Below, piece by piece: positions 1 to 6,482 of a DNA stretch of 40,685 nucleotides. Made by a program: the position numbers and the translations under genes. The notes beneath the pieces are model-generated. The model was not told the DNA's origin and did no database searches. It was given only the letters and a program-made list of their open reading frames with translations. How positions within the stretch are numbered: position 1 is the first letter of the stretch; every line of letters starts with the position of its first letter. Source of the stretch: a virus; IMG/VR virus record IMGVR_UViG_3300012979_000010, positions 1 to 40,685 of that record. One strand, 5' to 3'.

Positions 1-123
1 GATAGGCAGATTGCGCTTGCGAGTGGGTTGAGTGTGCAGTTGGTAAACAAGGCTAAAAACTGCTTTCGTGATAGGTGTAGGTATAGGTGGGGGTTACGGC
101 AGATGTATGAGGAAGTGAGAGAA
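1..123. repeat. Terminal direct repeat, copy 1 (identical to 40563..40685)
   Basis: GATAGGCAGATTGCGCTTGCG...GAGGAAGTGAGAGAA was read base by base at both ends and is identical. Confidence 0.95.
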
Positions 124-132
124 AAGTGTTAA
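1..132 (+). CDS. 3' end of the wrap-around DnaA-C-like gene (duplicate of the terminal-repeat part plus the last 3 codons)
   Basis: Frame 1 reads DRQIALASGLSVQLVNKAKNCFRDRCRYRWGLRQMYEEVREKC then TAA at 130..132. It is in frame with 40416..40685 across the repeat. Confidence 0.6.
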   Translation, partial: DRQIALASGLSVQLVNKAKNCFRDRCRYRWGLRQMYEEVREKC

Positions 133-187
133 AGTGTTTGGATATATGGTTTACTTTTCGTTCCTTTGTATAAAAATAGGTGGTGCA

Positions 188-1027
188 ATGCAGATTAAAT
201 TTGAAGGACAAGAACATCAGATTGATGCGAATACATTGATAAATGTGCTTATACATTATCAGAATGTAATCAATGAAGTTAATGCGGTTTATGGTGGTGG
301 CTCAAAGCAGATTGTAACCAAAGTCAATGCCATAAAGAAGGGTTCGTTTATTATTGATATATCCATCAAAGAAAGCCTTAAAAATCTGTTTTCACATGAT
401 AATGTAGGTTATATAGCATCGCTTGTAACTATTGTTGGTGGTGTGTTTTCTGCATACAAGACATTAAAGGGAAAACCATCAAAGGATGGGGATTTGGTTA
501 TCAACGATAATCGAGAATATAATAAGACTATTATCAATGTTTATAACAGCAAGGTAGTAAGGGAAGCTATATCTAAATCTATTGAAACGGCAAATGAAGA
601 TGTCAATGTGGAAGGTCTTACTATTGATTGCGAACAAGAGCAAAAAGTATCGTTTGATAAAGAGGAATTTGCAGAATATATATATAATGACTTTGACGAA
701 GAAGATGTATTACCAACAGAAAGACATGAGGATGTTGAAGCCATACTTACTATAATATCTTTGAATTTTGAATCTGGTAGTCAATGGGGATTTATTTATA
801 ATGGCTTTAAGATTAAAATGATTGTAAAGGATGATGCCTTAATGCGTAAGATTGATGAAGGTGCAAGGTTCGGAAAGGGCGATGCTATTAAGGTTAAAAT
901 GCGTATTAAAAAGGTGTACAATCCTACATATAAGACTTACGAAAACAAATCATATAAGATAGTAGAATTTATTGAGCATATAGCAGCTCCACAACAAATG
1001 AAAATGTATGATAGTGGAATTGATTAA
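188..1027 (+). CDS. Hypothetical protein with one central hydrophobic helix (accessory gene)
   Basis: ORF track 134..1027; the preferred ATG is at 188 (MQIKFEGQEHQIDANTL...). Hydrophobic segment YIASLVTIVGGVFSAY. No family recognised. Confidence 0.6.
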   Translation: MQIKFEGQEHQIDANTLINVLIHYQNVINEVNAVYGGGSKQIVTKVNAIKKGSFIIDISIKESLKNLFSHDNVGYIASLVTIVGGVFSAYKTLKGKPSKDGDLVINDNREYNKTIINVYNSKVVREAISKSIETANEDVNVEGLTIDCEQEQKVSFDKEEFAEYIYNDFDEEDVLPTERHEDVEAILTIISLNFESGSQWGFIYNGFKIKMIVKDDALMRKIDEGARFGKGDAIKVKMRIKKVYNPTYKTYENKSYKIVEFIEHIAAPQQMKMYDSGID

Positions 1028-1031
1028 ATCT

Positions 1032-1181
1032 ATGCGAGGATGTTTCCTTCCTAAACCTTTGAAACGGCATGAGGATATTGAATGGATAGGAGCGGAAGAA
1101 GATATTAAGAATATCCGTAATGACATTAGCAATGCTTACAAAGATATAACTACAAGAATCACTTGTATGTTGTTTGATTAA
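1032..1181 (+). CDS. Small hypothetical protein (49 aa)
   Basis: ATG lies 4 nt after the previous stop (MRGCFLPKPLKRHEDIEWIGAEEDIKNIRNDISNAYKDITTRITCMLFD). The terminator at 1188..1214 follows immediately. Below the ORF-track size cut-off. Confidence 0.35.
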   Translation: MRGCFLPKPLKRHEDIEWIGAEEDIKNIRNDISNAYKDITTRITCMLFD

Positions 1182-1187
1182 CACTTT

Positions 1188-1214
1188 GGCGGTACTTCGG
1201 TATCGCCTTTTTTA
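1188..1214 (+). terminator. Rho-independent terminator
   Basis: GGCGGTAC-TTCG-GTATCGCC (8-bp stem with one mismatch, TTCG loop) followed by TTTTTT. Confidence 0.7.
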
Positions 1215-1296
1215 TAACATAATAAGGGGTTGAAATCATGCTTATTTTGCAAACGGCTTGTAAGTGGTTTGTGTTCAGTGTGATATGAGTGTATTT

Positions 1297-1304
1297 TAAT
1301 TTTG
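1297..1304 (+). promoter_or_regulatory. Bacteroides-type -7 promoter box (TAnnTTTG)
   Basis: TAATTTTG matches the Bacteroides sigma-A -7 consensus. It sits directly upstream of the AATCGCA repeat array and about 180 nt before the 1480 CDS. No well-spaced -33 TTTG was seen. Confidence 0.35.
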
Positions 1305-1305
1305 C

Positions 1306-1353
1306 AATCGCATAATCGCACGTAATCGCACGTAAATCGCATTTATAATCGCA
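1306..1353 (+). repeat. Five direct copies of AATCGCA (operator- or iteron-like array)
   Basis: Copies start at 1306, 1314, 1324, 1335 and 1347, spaced 8, 10, 11 and 12 nt: gcAATCGCAtAATCGCAcgtAATCGCAcgtaAATCGCAtttatAATCGCAt. Confidence 0.8.
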
Positions 1354-1479
1354 TAAAATTTATTCTTTCCACGAACTTTCTATGAACTTTCCACAATCTA
1401 TTATAGCATCTATGTACTTAGCTTGATTTTTGTGTCCGCAGAGCAATAGTGCTTTGTGTAACTTAAAACAAAAATCAAA

Positions 1480-2403
1480 ATGAGCGAAAAGACTTATGTT
1501 TTCGATTCGGGAAGTAACAATGTATCGAGTATGCTTCCTGCCCTCTTGCAAAACAGAGGAATTGACCCTGCCTACTTCATGGGTATGATGAACAATGGCG
1601 GTTTTGGCGGTAACTTCGGCATTAACGAGATTATCGCATTGGTGGTAATTGCTGCTATTTTTGGTAACAACAATGGCGGTGGAATCTTTGGTTGTGGCGG
1701 TAACAACAACAATTCCGCAGAACGTGAAATGATTATGCAAACACTGAATCGTAATGGTGTTGATATTAGTCAGCTTGCTTCTTCGTTGAATTGCTCTACC
1801 AACACTATTCAGAATGGTATCAACAACCTTGCAACCCAAATCTGCCAATTAAGCGGACAACAAGGTATGAGCGCACAACACATTATCAATGCCATCCAAG
1901 CTGGTAACTGCTCTTTGAGCCATGCACTTGCTGACTGCTGCTGCAAGACACAACAAATCATTACACAAGGTTTTGCAGACTTAGGCTATGCTACACGTGA
2001 CCAAACTTGTGCGATTGAGAAGTCTATCGAAAGTTCTACATCAAGAATTTTGGAAGGTCAAAGAGCTGCTGAAATGCGTGAGTTGCAACGTGACTTGAAC
2101 CAACGTGACAGAGAGTTGGCGCAAAAGGATGTAATCATCAACAACTACCAACAAACTCAAACATTCGGTGCTATGCTTGCTCCTATCAGCAATGCAATCG
2201 GTAACTTGCAATCGGATGTAGATGGTATCAAGTGCAAGCTGCCCAAGACCGAAACTATTGTGGCTGCTCCTGATTATGTACCTATCAATCGTGGTATCAA
2301 CGTGAACTATGCTGCCGTTCCTACTTGCGGTTATGGTGGCTTCGGTTTCCCTTACAACTATCCGTTTGGTTTTCCTAATGGTAATAACGGCTCATTCTTT
2401 TAA
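1480..2403 (+). CDS. Orphan Gly/Asn/Cys-rich low-complexity protein with one TM helix, a coiled coil and an aromatic-Gly C-terminal tail
   Basis: 307-aa ORF containing NNGGFGGNFG, the TM helix INEIIALVVIAAIFG, GNNNGGGIFGCGGNNNN, a Cys cluster (ADCCCK), the coiled coil RAAEMRELQRDLNQRDRELAQKD and the tail CGYGGFGFPYNYPFGFPNGNNGSFF. Codon choice resembles the capsid gene. Confidence 0.75.
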   Translation: MSEKTYVFDSGSNNVSSMLPALLQNRGIDPAYFMGMMNNGGFGGNFGINEIIALVVIAAIFGNNNGGGIFGCGGNNNNSAEREMIMQTLNRNGVDISQLASSLNCSTNTIQNGINNLATQICQLSGQQGMSAQHIINAIQAGNCSLSHALADCCCKTQQIITQGFADLGYATRDQTCAIEKSIESSTSRILEGQRAAEMRELQRDLNQRDRELAQKDVIINNYQQTQTFGAMLAPISNAIGNLQSDVDGIKCKLPKTETIVAAPDYVPINRGINVNYAAVPTCGYGGFGFPYNYPFGFPNGNNGSFF

Positions 2404-2417
2404 GAAAGGAGGGTATT

Positions 2418-2747
2418 ATGATTAGCAATACCAACAATCCAGTAGCATTACGAAGTATATCGGTGTCGGTTACGGCTACGGAAGTTCAATTCGTATTCCG
2501 TAACTACCCGAACTTCGGGCGACCATACTTTGGTGGACTATATGCCTACCTTGCACAAGCTATCCCAACGGGCACAACGGCTACGCTTCCGATAGTGTTC
2601 ACAAGCGAGGGTGGCAATCCTACACCAGTAGTGGGAATAGATGATATTCCTATCACGGTTGCCGAGATTACAGGTACGGGTGTGTATCATTTGTTCTACG
2701 ACCAAAACGCAGAACGATTGCAGTTGATTGCACCTTATAATGTTTAA
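2418..2747 (+). CDS. Hypothetical beta-rich protein (109 aa)
   Basis: ORF track. A strong AAGGAGG lies 5 nt upstream of the ATG. No family recognised. Confidence 0.7.
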   Translation: MISNTNNPVALRSISVSVTATEVQFVFRNYPNFGRPYFGGLYAYLAQAIPTGTTATLPIVFTSEGGNPTPVVGIDDIPITVAEITGTGVYHLFYDQNAERLQLIAPYNV

Positions 2748-2763
2748 TTAAAAGTTTAACAAA

Positions 2764-3285
2764 ATGTTCAGTTCGTTAAGACAAGGAAGTTTGTTCTATA
2801 TATTAGAGAAATCGGACAAGCCAAAATTGAAGATTGGTAATGTGGTGAGTGTGGGTCAGCCTACACCGAAGTATAACACCTCGTTTGTGCCTAATCAGAA
2901 TCAGTATGAAACTATGGTAGATGTAGTGGTTAAGGTGGGCGATGAGGAGGTGAAATTTGAGAAGCTGCCGAGCAATTTGAGTATCGCTAACTTTGGTCAG
3001 AATGGTGTAGTGGTTAGTGAGAGCAAGGAGGCTATGAACGCTGAGGTGGAAGCTATGTTGCGTATAAGCAATCAAGTGATTGATAGTATTCCTTATCATC
3101 AGAATGTGGTAAGTTCGTGTGATGGTATTCTCAGGGAACTGAATCCACAATTTGCTAAGGAGAAGGAGCAAGAAGAGAAGATTGTTCTGTTGGAGCAAAA
3201 GATGGATGGTATGGATAAGACACTGACTAACATTAGCAAGATGCTTAACGAAGCACTGAATAAATCTAAAAAGAGTGATATATGA
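2764..3285 (+). CDS. Hypothetical protein (173 aa) with a coiled-coil C-terminus
   Basis: ORF track. The C-terminal part KEKEQEEKIVLLEQKMDGMDKTLTNISKMLNEALNK is heptad-like. Confidence 0.7.
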   Translation: MFSSLRQGSLFYILEKSDKPKLKIGNVVSVGQPTPKYNTSFVPNQNQYETMVDVVVKVGDEEVKFEKLPSNLSIANFGQNGVVVSESKEAMNAEVEAMLRISNQVIDSIPYHQNVVSSCDGILRELNPQFAKEKEQEEKIVLLEQKMDGMDKTLTNISKMLNEALNKSKKSDI

Positions 3286-3554
3286 GAGTAATTAAGATTG
3301 AAGAGGGCAAGGTTGACAAGATGAGCGACTATGCCGAGAAGATGCTTAAATATGGTGGTAAATTGATGTCTTGCATTGAAGAGCTATCGGAAGGAGGCTA
3401 TGGTGAGCGTGACGATGATGATGACTGGGATGACGATGATGATGACATGAGTATGCGTGGCGGTTATCGTGAAGGTCGTGGTATGAATCGTGGCGGTTAT
3501 CGTGAGAGTATGGGTATGCGTAGAAACAGCCGAACTGGTCGTTATATGCGCTAA
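3282..3554 (+). CDS. Small bipolar protein: poly-Asp acidic block followed by an RGG-like basic repeat tail
   Basis: ATGA overlap with the upstream gene. Contains ERDDDDDWDDDDDDMSMRGGYREGRGMNRGGYRESMGMRRNSRTGRYMR. Confidence 0.65.
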   Translation: MRVIKIEEGKVDKMSDYAEKMLKYGGKLMSCIEELSEGGYGERDDDDDWDDDDDDMSMRGGYREGRGMNRGGYRESMGMRRNSRTGRYMR

Positions 3555-3601
3555 TGTTTAACTTGGGAGGGCTTCGGCTCTCCCTTTAACTTAAAGAAGA
3601 T

Positions 3602-4024
3602 ATGAAAGTACCTTTGAATATATATGACGATATGCCCAAACCCATGAAGCGATACCTATCGCATTATGGCTGGAACTTCAACAAGGCTGCTTGCGAGTAT
3701 GCAGTAAGTAAGATGTGGAAGGAAGATGCACAAGGCAATAAGAAGAAGATTGAGCAAAAAACGAAGGAGCAAGTATATGAACTATTGCGCAAGCATGGCA
3801 TAGAACTTAAGCACGATGAGTTGTACAATGCTACCTATGCTTGGCACATGGTAATGGCTGATTACTTCGGAGTGAGTGTGGACGATGAGCGACACGCAGC
3901 TTTGAGTGTTAAGGCTATTATTGATGACCCCGACAAACCAGGCGGAAATGTGTTCAGTCATTGGTATTGGGATATGATTGACTTTGGTCATGGTGTAGAT
4001 TTTGACGAGTTCCTTGATGATTAA
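3602..4024 (+). CDS. Hypothetical protein (140 aa)
   Basis: ORF track. No family confidently recognised. Confidence 0.7.
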   Translation: MKVPLNIYDDMPKPMKRYLSHYGWNFNKAACEYAVSKMWKEDAQGNKKKIEQKTKEQVYELLRKHGIELKHDELYNATYAWHMVMADYFGVSVDDERHAALSVKAIIDDPDKPGGNVFSHWYWDMIDFGHGVDFDEFLDD

Positions 4025-4442
4025 GCAACACATAACACTTGACCGCTACGAATGGGATATTGATATATTCTATTCTGTTCACGGGTACTATGTTGATGAG
4101 ATATTGAAACATCTCGTCAGCATAGGTATTCGTGGGAATAGGTTATCAGAAGCGAAGGAAATGCTTGACGAAGGAAAACTGAACACAGGACTTACTTTCG
4201 TTAAGAACGGCAAGGCGGTTTGTGTTATTGGTAAGGCTTCCAGTGCTGCACAATACGCGGATAGTATTCAGCATGAGATTATGCACCTGGCTATCTTCAT
4301 CGCCCAAGCCGAAGAAATACCGCTTGATAGTGAAGAAGTGTGCTACAGCGGTGGAGAGATAGCGCGAAAGATGCACACAAAGAGCAAGCTGCTGACAAGC
4401 GAATGCGGATGTTACACAAAACGAATAGGCAAAGAACTATGA
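4017..4442 (+). CDS. Putative small Zn-metallopeptidase-like protein (HExxH motif)
   Basis: ORF 4002..4442; the preferred ATG at 4017 overlaps the upstream stop. Motif SIQHEIMHLAIF. Evidence is at motif level only. Confidence 0.55.
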   Translation: MIKQHITLDRYEWDIDIFYSVHGYYVDEILKHLVSIGIRGNRLSEAKEMLDEGKLNTGLTFVKNGKAVCVIGKASSAAQYADSIQHEIMHLAIFIAQAEEIPLDSEEVCYSGGEIARKMHTKSKLLTSECGCYTKRIGKEL

Positions 4443-4535
4443 TTGATAGACTTATAGACATAATGGATGATGTTCCTTACCATGATTTCTGCAAGTTGTG
4501 GTTCATTTTCGTGTGGAATGTGTATTGAATTCTTC

Positions 4536-4557
4536 GTTTACCCTATGTTTACCCTAC
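4536..4557. repeat. Tandem 11-bp direct repeat GTTTACCCTAY x2
   Basis: gtttaccctat followed by gtttaccctac, read directly. Confidence 0.8.
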
Positions 4558-4600
4558 GTTGGTTGTGTATGGGGGTGTAGTACTACAAGGGGACTACAAA

Positions 4601-4661
4601 ATATGCAATAATATGCCTTAGCGATATGCCATTTTCTTTTATTTATATGCCAAAATATGCC
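4601..4661. repeat. Five direct copies of ATATGCC (first copy ATATGCA); protein-binding array candidate
   Basis: Copies start at 4601, 4611, 4624, 4645 and 4655, spaced 10, 13, 21 and 10 nt, in the non-coding gap downstream of int. Confidence 0.8.
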
Positions 4662-4740
4662 GATAAAAGAAAAACTATCCTTGTTTTTTGCAATTTATAA
4701 CGATTAAGTATAAAAGTGAACACCTTTTTCTTTTTATTTA

Positions 4741-4756
4741 CCCCCATTTTAGGGGG
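4741..4756. terminator. GC hairpin between convergent transcription units (CCCCC-ATTTTA-GGGGG)
   Basis: Perfect 5-bp G:C stem 12 nt beyond the int stop codon. There is no clean U tract on either strand. Confidence 0.4.
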
Positions 4757-4767
4757 ATAAAAGAAAA

Positions 4768-5949
4768 TCATCCATTCTTCAAGTTATCAAGTATCGCGCG
4801 GATAGTTTCATCCGCGTGTTTTTTGTTGATTTTCACATAGGAAAAAATAGGTCTGTTACCCTTCATAGATTGCCCGATACAATACTCTATACGTTCAAGC
4901 GAAATGCCAAGTTCAAATCCATGTTGGGCGAATGATTTACGCGCGGTGTAGTATATCACATGAGTTTCAATTCCCAACGATTGCGCCAGGATGCCGATGT
5001 ACTTCGTTATGTACTTGCGCAAATTCTCATACGATAGCTTATACCCGAAATCAATCTTCCCATTTCTGCCCATATACCTTTTAATAATAGGCTTCGCTTC
5101 TTCGGGGATAGTAAAGCACACCTTCTTATCGTTTTTCTTGGTGTTTTTCGACTTCTGCCGCTCATATTCCATCGTTGTTTTCCCCTTGAAATTGTACGAA
5201 AGCAAATCAACCATGTTAATGCCGCCAAGATAATATGATAGCATAAACGCATCACGCGCCACAACAAGAGCCTTTGCTTTTGGATCTGAATCGCGGATAA
5301 GCCTTACTTCCTCTACTGATATATCAAGTTCGCGCACTGGAATGGTCGGTTTTTCGTAGTATGCAAAAGGGTGTGTGTCATATTTAACCATGTTGTCGCG
5401 GATTGCCTGGTTTATGACCGCCTTAAGATGCGCCATGTGCGTTCCTCGCGTGGAAGGATTGAGCGAAAGCGCACGCATCATGTATATGTCGAAGTCTTTA
5501 ATTGTTCTTGGGGTAATGCCGTCAAGCATGATATCGTGCTTGCAGAATTCAATAAAATACTTCGATGTCCTGGCATATAGTTGTGCGGTAGATTTCCGAC
5601 CTTCACGGATAAGTGTATCTATGTAATCGTCCGAAGCAAGCGAGTAGGAGGTGGAACCGCTCTTAATGGTGTGCAGATATTCGATAAGCTGCTTGCATGA
5701 GTATGCATGGGTGTTAATCTTATCAAGTGCTTCCTGGTACGAATTAAGAATTGAGCGCAGTTTCATATTTATATAAGGTGCGTTAGGCACATTGACTATC
5801 TGCCCTTGTTGAAGGTCATCGGGGTTGTCAAGCTCAAAGCGAGTTACGATGTATCGCGTTTGTTGGCGATGTCCTACTGCAATTCTGATTTTGTGTTTCC
5901 CAGCCTTGTTGATTTTGGCTGGAACGATGGCAATTCTTAAAGTTGTCAT
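4768..5949 (-). CDS. int: Tyrosine recombinase / phage integrase (Bacteroidetes type with an N-terminal arm-binding domain)
   Basis: 393 aa. The N-terminus MTTLRIAIVPAKINKAGKHKIRIAVGHRQQTRYIVT is typical of Bacteroidetes integrases. It has a SAM-like core-binding region, and the C-terminal catalytic region contains ...ARKSFAQHGFELGISLERIEYCIGQSM.... It lies next to a tRNA-derived attP. Confidence 0.9.
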   Translation of the reverse strand: MTTLRIAIVPAKINKAGKHKIRIAVGHRQQTRYIVTRFELDNPDDLQQGQIVNVPNAPYINMKLRSILNSYQEALDKINTHAYSCKQLIEYLHTIKSGSTSYSLASDDYIDTLIREGRKSTAQLYARTSKYFIEFCKHDIMLDGITPRTIKDFDIYMMRALSLNPSTRGTHMAHLKAVINQAIRDNMVKYDTHPFAYYEKPTIPVRELDISVEEVRLIRDSDPKAKALVVARDAFMLSYYLGGINMVDLLSYNFKGKTTMEYERQKSKNTKKNDKKVCFTIPEEAKPIIKRYMGRNGKIDFGYKLSYENLRKYITKYIGILAQSLGIETHVIYYTARKSFAQHGFELGISLERIEYCIGQSMKGNRPIFSYVKINKKHADETIRAILDNLKNG

Positions 5950-6083
5950 AATTCTGAAAGATTCGTTATGGTAAAGGTAACAATGCCAAAAGTGGAATTG
6001 TTCGGGAGTTTCCCGATTTTTCCCAAAAGCGAAAAAGAGGGTAGAATTGCCTTCAGATGTATGCAGAACCTTTTTTTTGGATG

Positions 6084-6130
6084 TGGAGCGTATCGGACTC
6101 GAACCGATTACCTCGACACTGCCAGTATGG
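6084..6130 (-). other. attP core: 3' half of a tRNA-Ala(GGC) (anticodon stem-loop to discriminator; no 5' half, no CCA)
   Basis: The minus strand reads ccata-CTGGCAG-tgtcg-aggta-ATCGG-TTCGAGT-CCGAT-ACGCTCC-A. This gives an anticodon loop with GGC, a 5-nt variable loop, a perfect T arm, and an acceptor 3' strand with T at position 70 and A73. No D arm or GGGGCGT 5' strand lies upstream. Confidence 0.7.
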
Positions 6131-6237
6131 TACGATATAATTGCGTAATTATCTGAAAGACATTCGTTTGCTTATGCAAGGGTAAAATAAAAAGGTTCGT
6201 TTTGGTAAGAGAAACCCCTATTTTCGGGCATTTTCTG

Positions 6238-6480
6238 TTAAAGATTTTCTATTGTGTGTTCGATGTAGAGCGAGTTGAAGTAGGGGCATTCTGTTACTCC
6301 TTTCGTTTTGGCTTCGCGGTACACCTTGCTGAAAAGCTCGGCTTTTTCTTCTTCGGTTGTTGGTAGTGGTGTTGCTGGTGTTCCCAAGAATCTACATCCC
6401 CAACCCTTGATTGTTGGCGCAAGCTGACAATAGTTGTCCCTTTTTTTGTTTTTGGTGCAAAGTTCGATGTCTTTATTCAT
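6238..6480 (-). CDS. Hypothetical Cys-containing protein (80 aa) in the lysogeny operon
   Basis: ORF track. Same strand as the repressor and directly downstream of it. Confidence 0.55.
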   Translation of the reverse strand: MNKDIELCTKNKKRDNYCQLAPTIKGWGCRFLGTPATPLPTTEEEKAELFSKVYREAKTKGVTECPYFNSLYIEHTIENL

Positions 6481-6482
6481 AG

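Noticed and set aside
1360-1848. 162-aa minus-strand ORF overlapping the start of the 1480 gene
   Set aside because: It overlaps the strongly coding-looking 1480..2403 gene and its leader, is opposite to all neighbours, and has no start context.
4340-4528. 62-aa ORF overlapping the end of the HExxH gene
   Set aside because: Most of it overlaps 4017..4442 out of frame. Only a 29-codon tail from ATG 4439 (ATGA overlap) could be real, which is too weak to call.
5968-6156. 62-aa plus-strand ORF between int and the cargo genes
   Set aside because: It is read straight through the tRNA-Ala-derived attP core and a T8 run, and it has no coding-like composition.
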